Shown piece by piece: positions 41,457-52,089 of a stretch of 64,000 bases of DNA. This stretch comes from an uncultured cyanobacterium. Its GTDB lineage: Bacteria > Cyanobacteriota > Cyanobacteriia > Cyanobacteriales > Cyanobacteriaceae. Positions within the stretch are counted from its first letter, which is position 1. Every line of letters starts with the position of its first letter. The notes beneath the pieces are model-generated. The model worked only from the letters and a program-made list of their open reading frames with translations. It ran no database searches and was not told where the DNA came from. The stretch covers positions 23,360 through 87,359 of the forward strand of contig CAVVOP010000011.1 of assembly GCA_963749915.1 (NCBI GenBank). Reading direction: 5' to 3'. The translations under genes were made by a program, and so were the position numbers.

Positions 41457-42389
41457 ATGAAAATTTTAATCACCGGAGGCGCTGGTTATATTGGTTCGGT
41501 AATGACTCCCGTATTGTTAAGTAAAGGCTATGAAGTAACAGTGATTGACAACTTCATGTTTCGTCAAAATAGCCTTGCTGAATGTTGTCAATACGATACT
41601 TTTAACGTTGCAAGGGGCGATTGCCGAGATGAAGCTTTAATGAAAGACTTAGTAAAAGATGCCGATGTAATTATTCCCTTAGCTGCCTTAGTAGGTGCAC
41701 CTTTATGCGGTAGAGATAAAATTGCTACCCAGACAACTAACCGAGATGCTATCCAAATGTTATGCCGTTTAGCCAGTAAAGAGCAACGATTTTTAGTGCC
41801 CATTACTAACAGCGGTTATGGTATCGGGGAAAAAGGCAAATTTTGCACAGAAGAAAGCCCATTACGACCGATTTCCGCCTATGGTGTTACTAAGGTAGAA
41901 GCGGAAAAAGCCATCTTAGAGAGAGAAAATAGCATTAGTTTCCGTTTGGCTACAGTTTTCGGGATGTCTTCTCGTATGAGAGTCGATTTGCTTGTCAATG
42001 ATTTTGTTTATCGTGCCGTAACCGATCGCACTGTGGTAGTCTTTGAAGGATACTTTAAGCGTAATTATATCCATATTCGAGATGTAGTAAAAGTGTTTTT
42101 ACACGGTTTGGACAATTTTGAAACTATGAAAGGCAAACCTTATAATGTTGGTTTAGAAGACGCTAACCTGTCAAAATTAGAGTTATGTGCTGAAATTCAG
42201 AAACAAATCCCTGATTTCTATTATATTGAGGCACCCATCGGCGAAGATCCCGATAAAAGAGATTATATTGTCTCTAATGCCAGAATTTTAAGTACTGGTT
42301 TTACCCCCGATTGGTCATTAAGTCGAGGTATCAAAGAGTTAATTAAGGGTTACACCATCCTTCGCAACACTATTTACTCTAATGTCTAG
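41457..42389 (+). CDS. NAD-dependent sugar-nucleotide oxidoreductase, Cj1427/WcaG-like
   Basis: TGGAGYIG, PLAALVGAPLC, TNSGYG, YGVTK, GEDPDKRDY. Confidence 0.85.
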   Translation: MKILITGGAGYIGSVMTPVLLSKGYEVTVIDNFMFRQNSLAECCQYDTFNVARGDCRDEALMKDLVKDADVIIPLAALVGAPLCGRDKIATQTTNRDAIQMLCRLASKEQRFLVPITNSGYGIGEKGKFCTEESPLRPISAYGVTKVEAEKAILERENSISFRLATVFGMSSRMRVDLLVNDFVYRAVTDRTVVVFEGYFKRNYIHIRDVVKVFLHGLDNFETMKGKPYNVGLEDANLSKLELCAEIQKQIPDFYYIEAPIGEDPDKRDYIVSNARILSTGFTPDWSLSRGIKELIKGYTILRNTIYSNV

Positions 42390-42548
42390 ATTGCCCCTCA
42401 CACCCAATTATGGGGAATTTCACCAGTCTTTTTTCCTCAATTCGGGAAAATGACTTTGTAAATTTTGCCCTCTGAAAATCATTCCGGGGGATAATAAATA
42501 AAGTCTCCAAAATTGTGGACTCGGAGGCATTTCCCCCTCAGAAAAATC

Positions 42549-43529
42549 ATGACACAACGCAACCTCTATTTTCTCTTCCCCCAAATGAACATCAATAGCG
42601 GTGGCCATATTGCTCAACTTAAATTTATGGCCATCGCACAATCTTTATTTAAAGCTCAGCCCGTAACTTATAAGAAAAAAGAAGCTGACACTTTGCATCT
42701 TGATGATGTCATTAAAGCTAGTAAAGCGGCAGAGGATATTTATCTTATTCATTGGGGTCCTCATATTCCACAACTCTTAACAAAACTTAAAAATCACCAT
42801 GTAGTTTATTTTGCTCATAGTACGGGTTATAAATTTCAAATTCCGCCAAAAGTACCGATAATTAATGTCAGTAAACATTCTCAAGCCTACTGGGGAAAAT
42901 ATGCCCCCAATAATCTCATTTTTTATCTTCCTAACGAAATTTCCGACCAATATCATAATCGACAACTACCTCGACCTATTGATGTATTAGTACAGAAACG
43001 CAAGTCATCAAAATATTTGATCGAAGAACTTGTCCCCGCCTTAAATCCTCACTGTAATTTGACTTTAATTGATTATTGGGTGGAAGATTTAGCGACAATT
43101 TTTAATCAAACAAAAGTCTACCTTTACGATTCAACAGAATATTGGGTACAAGCAAGGGCCAGTGAGGGTTTCGGTTTACCCCCCTTAGAAGCAATGGCTT
43201 GTGGGTGTACGATTTTTTCTAGTATTAATGATGCTTTATCCGACTATTTGGATCCTAGTTTTAACTGTCATAAATTACGAGTTTATTCTCAAGAATATGA
43301 TGTGCAAAGAATTTTGTTGGCGGTGGAAGATTGGCAAAATAAACCCAATATTGGTATAGTTAATGACTATCGTTTACCAGTAATAACAGAGCGTTTGGTT
43401 AAAATATTTAAGGAGATTAATAACTTTTTTGACCATCAAGAATCTTACCCTGAAAATATTCCTATGATTATCAAAAATAAGTCTTTTTCTTTAGATAAAA
43501 TAATCAATAAATTAAAATCATTTTTCTAA
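42549..43529 (+). CDS. GT-B glycosyltransferase (GT4-like)
   Basis: EGFGLPPLEAMACG. Confidence 0.85.
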   Translation: MTQRNLYFLFPQMNINSGGHIAQLKFMAIAQSLFKAQPVTYKKKEADTLHLDDVIKASKAAEDIYLIHWGPHIPQLLTKLKNHHVVYFAHSTGYKFQIPPKVPIINVSKHSQAYWGKYAPNNLIFYLPNEISDQYHNRQLPRPIDVLVQKRKSSKYLIEELVPALNPHCNLTLIDYWVEDLATIFNQTKVYLYDSTEYWVQARASEGFGLPPLEAMACGCTIFSSINDALSDYLDPSFNCHKLRVYSQEYDVQRILLAVEDWQNKPNIGIVNDYRLPVITERLVKIFKEINNFFDHQESYPENIPMIIKNKSFSLDKIINKLKSFF

Positions 43530-43635
43530 ACTTTGGGGGAGGTGTCTCTCACCTCATCCTAAATACTTACTTATAACTTTTGATTTATAAAAATTAAAAA
43601 GGCTAAAGTCTTTACTACAGAATATTAATTATATC

Positions 43636-44373
43636 ATGATAAATTTTGAGATGAAAAAGACAATCGCTGTTATTTTAGCAGGAGGATTTGGTACTAGAGT
43701 GAAGCATTTATTACCTAATATTCCTAAGCCTATGGCAAGGGTAGCTAACAAACCCTTTATTGAGTGGATTGTGCAATATTTACGACAACAAAATATTGAG
43801 CAATTTATTCTCTCTACTGGTTATTTAGGGGAAATAATAGAGGCATATTTTAATAACAAAAAAATAGATAATATTACTGTTAATTGTTATCGAGAAACTG
43901 AGCCTTTAGGCACAGCCGGAGGATTTATTAATGGGGTAAAATTATCCAACCAACAACCTTTTTCATGGTTAATAACTAACGGGGATTCTCTTATTTTTAC
44001 TGACTTAAAACCTTTATTTAATTACTTAGCAAATGATGATGAGATTGAGGGGGTTATTTTAGGTTTATCTTTGCCTGACGCTTCTCGCTATGGTTCCTTA
44101 AAATACGACCAAGATAATAATTTAATTAGTTTTGCTGAAAAACAACAAGGGCAAGGTGTTATTAATGCAGGAGTTTATCTATTTAAACATTCTGTTATTA
44201 GTAAATTTCCCGATGGAAAACCTCTGAGTTTTGAATATGATGTTTTTCCCGAATTACTGAGTCAAGGGTGTAAAATAAAAGTACATATAACCGAGGCACC
44301 TTTTTTAGATATTGGCACACCAAAAACTTTAATTCAAGCGGAAAATTTTATTATTGATAATTGGATAACTTAA
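43636..44373 (+). CDS. sugar-1-phosphate nucleotidyltransferase, HddC-like
   Basis: LAGGFGTR, PKPMA, EPLGTAG, NGD, SFEYD, FLDIGTP; no hexapeptide tail. Confidence 0.8.
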   Translation: MINFEMKKTIAVILAGGFGTRVKHLLPNIPKPMARVANKPFIEWIVQYLRQQNIEQFILSTGYLGEIIEAYFNNKKIDNITVNCYRETEPLGTAGGFINGVKLSNQQPFSWLITNGDSLIFTDLKPLFNYLANDDEIEGVILGLSLPDASRYGSLKYDQDNNLISFAEKQQGQGVINAGVYLFKHSVISKFPDGKPLSFEYDVFPELLSQGCKIKVHITEAPFLDIGTPKTLIQAENFIIDNWIT

Positions 44374-44399
44374 CCCCAAAAAATATTTATTATAAAAAT

Positions 44400-45371
44400 A
44401 TGATCGATCTAAATATTATTAACAATTCTGTCGCTTTATTCGATGGTTCTAATCATGGTTTACTTAGTGTTACTGGAGATGATCGCCTTCGTTTTTTACA
44501 TAATCAAAGTACTAATAATATACAGAGTTTAAAAGTAGGGGAAGGTTGTGATACTGTTTTCGTTAATTCCACTGGCAGAAACATTGATTTAGTTAGTGCT
44601 TATGTTCAAGAAAATCAAGTTTTATTATTGGTATCTCCAGAACAAAATAAAAGATTATATGATTGGATGGATCGTTATATTTTCCCCTTTGATAAAGTAG
44701 CCATAAAAGATATTAGTAATGAATATAAAATCTTTACTTTAATGGGCGAAAAAAGTATCGAGTTATTATCAGAATGGATTGATAATGACTTCTTAAATGC
44801 CTCTGAATTTAGCCACAAAATTATCACTATTGATGATATAGAATTAATAATAACTGTTGGTTGCAACTTAAAATTAACAGGTTTTAATTTAATTATTCTC
44901 CAAGAAAAAGCCACTAATATTTGGAAAAAATTAGTGGCACAAAATCCTATTTTAATCGATCATAAAGATTATGAAAAATTGCGAATTTTACAAGGAAGAC
45001 CAATCCCTAATCAAGAATTGACCGAAGAATATAATCCCCTCGAAACAGGTTTGTGGGATGCAATTTCTTTTAATAAAGGTTGTTATATTGGACAAGAAAC
45101 CATCGCCCGTTTAAATACCTATAAAGGGGTAAAACAAAAACTTTGGGGCATCAAATTAAATAAATCTATTGACCCAGAAAAAGATAATATAATCATGGTA
45201 GCAGGCGAAAAAGTTGGTAAAGTTACCAGTTATTTAGAAGCAGATTCGGAAAATTTTGCTCTCGGTTATATTCGCACAAAAGCTGGAGATATTGGCTTAA
45301 AAGTCACCATCGGAGGAGTGCAAGGAGAAGTTGTCAATTTACCTTTTATTCGTCATGAATATTTTGTTTAA
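44400..45371 (+). CDS. ygfZ: folate-binding Fe-S repair protein YgfZ
   Basis: KGCYIGQE motif. Confidence 0.92.
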   Translation: MIDLNIINNSVALFDGSNHGLLSVTGDDRLRFLHNQSTNNIQSLKVGEGCDTVFVNSTGRNIDLVSAYVQENQVLLLVSPEQNKRLYDWMDRYIFPFDKVAIKDISNEYKIFTLMGEKSIELLSEWIDNDFLNASEFSHKIITIDDIELIITVGCNLKLTGFNLIILQEKATNIWKKLVAQNPILIDHKDYEKLRILQGRPIPNQELTEEYNPLETGLWDAISFNKGCYIGQETIARLNTYKGVKQKLWGIKLNKSIDPEKDNIIMVAGEKVGKVTSYLEADSENFALGYIRTKAGDIGLKVTIGGVQGEVVNLPFIRHEYFV

Positions 45372-45529
45372 TCTATTATAAAATAAAGGCTAATAATTTA
45401 TTTTTTATTGTGTTTTGCGGTGATTTAATATCCTCAGAATTCAAGCCTTTCCGAGTTTTGTTTGATAGCTTAACAATGAGGGTAAGTCAATTATCCATTG
45501 TCAATTGTTCATTGCTATATTAATTTTTT

Positions 45530-46708
45530 ATGAAACTTCCATCAGTAAAAGAAACCGCCCGTAAAACCCTTAATTTATTTCGGGTTGACGAGACAGAAAT
45601 TGTGAATATTTTAGAATCTGTGCGATCGCAATTACCCACCACAGAAGCGTTACTCATCGGCAAACCCCAGGCGGGAAAAAGTTCTATTGTTAGGGGTTTA
45701 ACAGGGGTTGGTAGGGAAATTGTGGGGCAGGGTTTTCGTCCTCATACCCAATATACAGAGCGTTACGCTTATCCTTCGGAAGAATTGCCTTTATTGATTT
45801 TTACTGATACGATGGGCTTGGGTGATGTTGCCCAAAATACAGAAGAAATTATCGCGGAATTAACCACTCAACTAGATATAGAAACAAAACGGGCAAGAAT
45901 TTTAATTTTAACTATAAAAATTAATGATTTTGCTACGGATAGTTTAAAAAATATTGCTCAAAATTTAAGACAAAAATATCCCCAAATTCCTTGTCTGTTA
46001 GTAGTCACTTCTTTACATGAACTTTATCCTAATATTGAGAATAATCATCCTCAATATCCTCCTGATTTTCTGGAAATTAATAGGGCTTTTAACGAGATAA
46101 AAAAAGCTTTTAATAATTTATTTGATCAAGCAATATTAATTGATTTTACTTTAGAAGAAGATGGCTTTAATCCTGTTTTTTATGGTTTAGAAAACCTCCG
46201 AGATTCCTTAGCAGAATTATTACCATCGGCGGAGGCAAAAACTATTCACCAATTACTAGATGAAACCGTCAATTCTGAATTGGGAAATCTCTACAGGAAC
46301 GTTGCGAGACGCTATATTTTAGCTTTTAGTATCATGGCTGCCACCCTTGCCGCAGTGCCCCTACCCTTTGCCACTATGCCCGTGTTAACTGCCCTAGAAG
46401 TAACAATGGTGGGAGTTTTAGGACAACTTTATGGACAAAAAATTAACGCCTCTCAAGCAGGAGGAATTATTAGTGCCATCGCCGGGGGATTTTTAGCTCA
46501 AGCCATTGGCAGAGAATTGATTAAGTTTGTGCCGGGGTTTGGCTCAGTGGTAGCAGCAAGTTGGGCGGGGGCATATACATGGGCTTTAGGTGAGGGCTCT
46601 TGTGCTTATTTTGGGGATATTGTGGGGGGTAAAAAACCTGATGTAGAAAAAATCAAACGGGTTATGAAAAATGCTTTCGACATGGCTAAAAAACAATCAA
46701 CAATGTAA
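45530..46708 (+). CDS. GTPase with DUF697/YcjF-like domain
   Basis: GKPQAGKSS, DTMG; C-terminal AVPLP and KFVPGFG. Confidence 0.82.
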   Translation: MKLPSVKETARKTLNLFRVDETEIVNILESVRSQLPTTEALLIGKPQAGKSSIVRGLTGVGREIVGQGFRPHTQYTERYAYPSEELPLLIFTDTMGLGDVAQNTEEIIAELTTQLDIETKRARILILTIKINDFATDSLKNIAQNLRQKYPQIPCLLVVTSLHELYPNIENNHPQYPPDFLEINRAFNEIKKAFNNLFDQAILIDFTLEEDGFNPVFYGLENLRDSLAELLPSAEAKTIHQLLDETVNSELGNLYRNVARRYILAFSIMAATLAAVPLPFATMPVLTALEVTMVGVLGQLYGQKINASQAGGIISAIAGGFLAQAIGRELIKFVPGFGSVVAASWAGAYTWALGEGSCAYFGDIVGGKKPDVEKIKRVMKNAFDMAKKQSTM

Positions 46709-46843
46709 CTGTCAAGATTACGAAACTGTAAAAAATCTTAATGTAAAGTGACATTGATTCGGTTTAAGGTAAAAAGTCAGCAATAAAAACAGTTTTGTAA
46801 ATTTTTATAAACAAAATCTTAGAAATCAAGGATAGTAAGGAAT

Positions 46844-47572
46844 ATGAGCGTTAATTTAGCCACAATGTTAAAAGAAGGCACAAAAAAATCCCATTCTATG
46901 GCAGAAAATATGGGTTTTATTAAGTGTTTTCTCAAGGGAGTTGTTGAGAAAAATTCTTATCGTAAATTAGCGGCGAATCTTTATTTTGTCTATGGTGCGA
47001 TGGAGGAAGAAATGGAGCGTTTGAAGGATCATCCCCTCCTTAGTAAAATTTATTTTCCCGAATTGAATCGTCAACCCAGTTTAGCAAAAGATCTTCAGTT
47101 TTATTACGGCACTAACTGGAAAAATGAAATTCAAATTACTCCTAATGGACAATTATATGTCGATCGCATTCATGAAATTGCTAGTAATGCTCCTGAATTA
47201 TTAGCGGCACACTCCTATACTCGTTATTTAGGGGATCTTTCTGGGGGACAAATTTTAAAAAATATTGCCGAAAAAGCGATGAATTTAGACGGTGAAGGTA
47301 CGGCTTTTTACGAGTTTGAAACCATTGGCGATGAAAAAGCCTTTAAAAATATGTATCGTCAGGCATTAAATGATTTACCTGTGGATGAAGAAACCGCCGA
47401 GAGAATAGTGCGGGAAGCTAATGATGCTTTCGGCATGAATATGAAAATGTTTCAAGAGTTAGAAGGCAACTTAATCATGGCCATCGGCAAGATGCTATTC
47501 AATAGCTTAACCTCTCGCCGTCGTGGTGGTGTTAAGAATGAGTCCAACGGTGAATTAGCTACTGCTGAATAA
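46844..47572 (+). CDS. ho1: heme oxygenase (biliverdin-producing)
   Basis: GTKKSHSMAEN, HSYTRYLGDLSGGQ. Confidence 0.92.
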   Translation: MSVNLATMLKEGTKKSHSMAENMGFIKCFLKGVVEKNSYRKLAANLYFVYGAMEEEMERLKDHPLLSKIYFPELNRQPSLAKDLQFYYGTNWKNEIQITPNGQLYVDRIHEIASNAPELLAAHSYTRYLGDLSGGQILKNIAEKAMNLDGEGTAFYEFETIGDEKAFKNMYRQALNDLPVDEETAERIVREANDAFGMNMKMFQELEGNLIMAIGKMLFNSLTSRRRGGVKNESNGELATAE

Positions 47573-47791
47573 TTAATCATTAACAATCAACAATTCTTGC
47601 TTCCCAAGTTATCTACATTGGGATCAATTACCCGAAAAGATCACGACTAAAGTAACAATGATCGCCAATCCTAGTATGATAGCTAAGGCAATTTTTATTA
47701 TGCTATAGGGGCGATCGCCTTGAACTTCTCCAGTATCGACAAATTATATTTAGGTTGACTAGTAGATAAATGGCCAAGCTAATACTCTTAA

Positions 47792-49522
47792 TTAATTACT
47801 ATAAAACTGTTGGGCATGGAAACTAGCGTATCTGCCTTGTTGTGCTAGTAATTCTTCATGAGTACCAGACTCTAGGATCGTACCATGTTCTAAAACTAAT
47901 ATTTTTGTAGCCTTTCTAACAGTGGCTAAACGATGAGCGATGACAAAAACAGTACGTTGTGCCATAACACGCTCTAAGGCTTCTTGCACAAGAGTTTCAG
48001 ACTCCGAGTCAAGGGAAGAAGTCGCCTCATCTAAGATTAATATTTTCGGGTTTAAAAAGATAGCCCTAGCGATGGCAATTCGTTGGCGTTGTCCTCCAGA
48101 AAGACTGATTCCCCTTTCTCCTACATAAGTATAATAACCTTGAGAAAAATTGCCGATAAATTGATGAGCATTGGCAATTTTTGCAGCTTTTTCCACATCT
48201 TCTATCTTAAAATTACCACAACCAAATGCAATATTTTCGGCAATAGTACCTGAGAATAAATTAGTATCTTGAGGTACGATGCCAATTTGTTTTCTAAGAC
48301 TCTTTAAAGTAACATCTTTTACATTAATACGATCGATTAAAATTTCTCCTGATAAAACATCATAAAAACGGGGTAATAAATTAATTATAGTACTTTTTCC
48401 TGCCCCAGAAGCCCCTACTAAAGCAATTACTTCTCCTTGTTTGGCAGTTAAATTAATGTTTTTTAAAACAGGCTGATCAGGATTATAAGCAAAATTGACA
48501 TGACGATATTCTACTAAACCATTAATATTTGTTAATTCGATGGCATCGTTTTTTTCAATAATTAAAGGTTTCAGATCCAGCAATTCGACAATGCGCTCAA
48601 CGGACGCCTGCCCTTGTTTAAATTCATTATAATTATTAGTCGTAATAGAGATAGGATCAATTAATAAAGCAACGGCGGCAATATAACTTACAAAATCGGT
48701 GCCTGTCATATTTTTAGCCGAGATTTGCCATGCCCCTAAAAAGAAAAGAAAAATAACGCTCATAGCCTCTAAAAAACCCACTACCACAAACTGCAAAGCC
48801 TTAATTTTTTCAGCAGCAAATTTACTTTTACGATTATTTTCAGATTCCTGTGCAAAGCGATTAATTTCGTATTCTTCCGCCGTATAAGCCTGAACTAATC
48901 TAATGCCAGAAAAAACTTCAGTAATCAAAGCAGATAAATTAGAAACTTTAGTTTGACTTTTTCTCGTTAATTCTAATAGTTGAGAACCAAACAAAGTTAT
49001 TAAAAGAGCCATAATGGGAGCAACGATAAAAGTAGCAATAGTTAACCGCCAATTAACATAAATCATATATCCTAAAACTACAATTAATTGTAAAATACTA
49101 GGAATAAATTGCTGAAAAATTTTATTGATAACTTCTCCAATTCTGTCTATATCCTCAGTGAGACGATAAGCTAAATCTCCTGTTTTTGCTACTTCAAAAT
49201 AATTTAAACTGAGGGTTTGTAGATGAGAATATACCAAGTTACGCAAATCAAGGGCAATTTTCAGGGCGGCTTTTGCCATTAAGGTATCTTGTCCGTATTG
49301 CACCGTACCTCTGAGGAGAAAAACGATGGCGGCAAATCCTGCAAAATAGATAATAGATTTTATATCCCCATTGCCCACATATTCAGCCATGCGTCCGGCT
49401 AACCATGCTAGAATAGGCCAAAAAATTGTAAAACCAATAGTACAAATAAAAGCTAAACTGATGGTTTTGGCTTCTCGGCGAAGATAAGGGAATAAATAGC
49501 TAATTTTAGATGGTAATTTCAA
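47792..49522 (-). CDS. ABC exporter, fused permease/ATPase (MsbA-like)
   Basis: TMD plus GASGAGKS, LSGGQ, LDEAT. Confidence 0.92.
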   Translation of the reverse strand: MKLPSKISYLFPYLRREAKTISLAFICTIGFTIFWPILAWLAGRMAEYVGNGDIKSIIYFAGFAAIVFLLRGTVQYGQDTLMAKAALKIALDLRNLVYSHLQTLSLNYFEVAKTGDLAYRLTEDIDRIGEVINKIFQQFIPSILQLIVVLGYMIYVNWRLTIATFIVAPIMALLITLFGSQLLELTRKSQTKVSNLSALITEVFSGIRLVQAYTAEEYEINRFAQESENNRKSKFAAEKIKALQFVVVGFLEAMSVIFLFFLGAWQISAKNMTGTDFVSYIAAVALLIDPISITTNNYNEFKQGQASVERIVELLDLKPLIIEKNDAIELTNINGLVEYRHVNFAYNPDQPVLKNINLTAKQGEVIALVGASGAGKSTIINLLPRFYDVLSGEILIDRINVKDVTLKSLRKQIGIVPQDTNLFSGTIAENIAFGCGNFKIEDVEKAAKIANAHQFIGNFSQGYYTYVGERGISLSGGQRQRIAIARAIFLNPKILILDEATSSLDSESETLVQEALERVMAQRTVFVIAHRLATVRKATKILVLEHGTILESGTHEELLAQQGRYASFHAQQFYSN

Positions 49523-49655
49523 GGTGTTTTTGATAACTTAACTCTTATGCAGTTTACCTGAAAATGTTGTTAAAAGTAAATGTAAAACCCGAAACTCAAA
49601 ACAATGATAAATTAGTAAATTAGATTCAAAAAATTTATTTTCAGACAGATAAAAA

Positions 49656-50360
49656 ATGGTTAATACATTCAAAAAACCTCAAGATGATAAAACTGTTGTA
49701 AAAGAATACTTTAATGCTACTGGATTTGATCGTTGGCGCAATATTTACGGCAATGGAGAAGTAAATAAGGTACAGTTAGATATAAGAGTTGGACATCAAC
49801 AAACTATCGATACTGTCGTTGGTTGGCTAAAAGATGACGGCAATTTATGCCAATTATCCATCTGTGACGCTGGTTGCGGCGTCGGCAGTTTAACTATGCC
49901 TTTGGCGCAAGAAGGGGCAACGGTTTTCGCCAGTGATATCTCAGCGAAAATGGTGGGAGAAGCCGCCGAGAGGATAAAACAACGAATAGACAATCCTCGT
50001 AACATTAGGTTAGCCGTACAAGATTTAGAATCTATTAGGGGTGAGTATGACGCCGTTATCTGTTTAGATGTCTTGATCCACTATCCCACCCATGAAGCTG
50101 CTGACATGATTAAACACTTGTTATCCTTATCCAAAACTCGGTTAATCCTCAGTTTTGCGCCAAAAACCTTCTTTTTAACTATTTTAAAGCGTGTTGGTGA
50201 ATTTTTCCCCGGACCTAGTAAAACTACCCGTGCTTACCAACATAGAGAAGAAGATATTATTAACATTCTTAAAAATAATGGTTTTCAAGTCAGGCGCACA
50301 GGAATGACTAGCACCAGTTTTTATTATTCCCGTATTTTAGAAGCCGTGAGAAAGAATTAA
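49656..50360 (+). CDS. chlM: magnesium protoporphyrin IX methyltransferase
   Basis: YFN.TGFDRW, DAGCGVG, LDVLIHYP, GPSKTTRAY. Confidence 0.95.
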   Translation: MVNTFKKPQDDKTVVKEYFNATGFDRWRNIYGNGEVNKVQLDIRVGHQQTIDTVVGWLKDDGNLCQLSICDAGCGVGSLTMPLAQEGATVFASDISAKMVGEAAERIKQRIDNPRNIRLAVQDLESIRGEYDAVICLDVLIHYPTHEAADMIKHLLSLSKTRLILSFAPKTFFLTILKRVGEFFPGPSKTTRAYQHREEDIINILKNNGFQVRRTGMTSTSFYYSRILEAVRKN

Positions 50361-50534
50361 GAATTAATTTTGCCCCCAACTACAAATTTGGGAAATAAGT
50401 GAATTAATTAGTAGGGTGGGCAATGTTCACATTTTTTAAGATAATTTATCAAACTTGCACGGTTCTTCCAGTGTGAGTATAATTAAGTTATCAATAAAAC
50501 TGTTACTTATTTTCTGATTTGCATAAAAAGTTTA

Positions 50535-51095
50535 TTAAAATTGAAAATATGCCATTAAATGATAAGCAAAATCTGAGGTTAAATTTAGCCTTTTTTGTAA
50601 GTCAGCAATATGGCGATAATTACCGTTATTTTCTCTATCCGTAATAATTTTTTTTGCGGTAGTTAAATCTAAATTAGGAATAGTTTGTAATTGATTTAAA
50701 CTGGCATTATTAGGGTTGATTTTTGCAGGAAAATAAAAACTGTCAGAGGCATAATAGGCAAAGTAGAGAATCGGTTGCCAAGACTGAATTTTTAACACGG
50801 AAACCCCTAAAGCTGAAGCTAAATCTTCTAAACATAAAAAATGTATTCCTGAGTTGGTTATCTCCACCAAACTCCGTGCTTGAGTAATGGATATTCCGGG
50901 TAATCTTAACCAATCATCCACCGAGGCTAAATTGGCATCAATTTTTATGCCCAATTCGGCGGCGATGTTAATTTCTAGATCCGATTGAAAACGATAATAA
51001 GAGTTTGCTTGAATTTTTTTAACGATAGCTTGACGAGAAACATTCATTTGCTGACGGACTTTTTTTGCCGAGGATAGCCATTTAGATAATGTCAT
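50535..51095 (-). CDS. ComEA-like helix-hairpin-helix DNA-binding protein
   Basis: IDAN.ASVDDWLRLPGI and INPNNAS...L..IP HhH repeats. Confidence 0.82.
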   Translation of the reverse strand: MTLSKWLSSAKKVRQQMNVSRQAIVKKIQANSYYRFQSDLEINIAAELGIKIDANLASVDDWLRLPGISITQARSLVEITNSGIHFLCLEDLASALGVSVLKIQSWQPILYFAYYASDSFYFPAKINPNNASLNQLQTIPNLDLTTAKKIITDRENNGNYRHIADLQKRLNLTSDFAYHLMAYFQF

Positions 51096-51248
51096 AGAGT
51101 GTCACCTAGAAATATTTACTATTCCCTTTTGTGATTTTCTGTTGCAAATTATTACGAAATCATGCAAAAGTTACCATCTTAAGGCAAATTAAATAGTAAT
51201 TTAAACCTAATTCTATCAATTTATCGTCATTAGAGGAGTCTTTTCCAT

Positions 51249-51344
51249 ATGTCTATTTCTGATACTCAAGTTTTCGTAGCTTTACTAATTGCCCTTATCC
51301 CCGGTATTTTAGCTTTTCGTTTAGCGACTGAACTTTATAAGTAA
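51249..51344 (+). CDS. psaM: photosystem I subunit XII
   Basis: Manual translation [31 protein letters not shown]. Confidence 0.97.
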   Translation: MSISDTQVFVALLIALIPGILAFRLATELYK

Positions 51345-51482
51345 ATAAACTTGACTGTATAAATGTAGGGGTAGGATAAAAATGGATAGTTAACTTTTAA
51401 TTGTTCATATCCTACACCTTAGCAAAAATCAACAGTGAGATGAATACTAACCCAAAATTAAGGCAGAGAAAAAACAAAATGT

Positions 51483-51872
51483 CTATTCAAATAAAATATC
51501 TTCAAAACATTTTTCTCCTACTTCTCTTAACTGACGTCCTACTTTGGAGTTACTGTCTGCCTGTTGACTTATTTCTCTAAATTTTTCGGTGGTATAATTT
51601 TTCCTAAATTCTTTTATACTGCAATCGCAAACACTTTTTGCTGTATCAAGGGGTAATCCCTCTTTTTGCGATCGCACTAGACATTCTTGTGTATAATTAC
51701 ACCATACAGAGGCCTGTTCGGGTTTTAAGTCTTCTTTCACTAAACCTTGAATACACTGTTGTTGATTAAATGGTTTAGCAGATTCTGCGAAGGATTTAGA
51801 AGAAAAAAGGGAAAGTGAAAAACTCAAAAAACACAAGTTAATTATAGTAACAAAACCGTTAGACTTGAGCAT
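51483..51872 (-). CDS. secreted Cys-containing hypothetical protein
   Basis: Signal peptide ending SFA-E; six Cys in the mature part. Confidence 0.75.
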   Translation of the reverse strand: MLKSNGFVTIINLCFLSFSLSLFSSKSFAESAKPFNQQQCIQGLVKEDLKPEQASVWCNYTQECLVRSQKEGLPLDTAKSVCDCSIKEFRKNYTTEKFREISQQADSNSKVGRQLREVGEKCFEDILFE

Positions 51873-52089
51873 AATTTATCCTCAAAAAATTGTTTAATTG
51901 ATAGTTATAGCTAATAGGGACGCTAAGAAAATTTGGAAAGTTCCCAGATTAGTTGATAATTTATATTTTACAGTTAATAATTGCTGATTTGGGAGCCGAA
52001 ATAAAAAATTGATTAATCATTAAATAGTTTTTTTGTGTCTTTGAAAGGGACATATTAATAGACTGATTCAGTAACGCCAACCAGATAAA

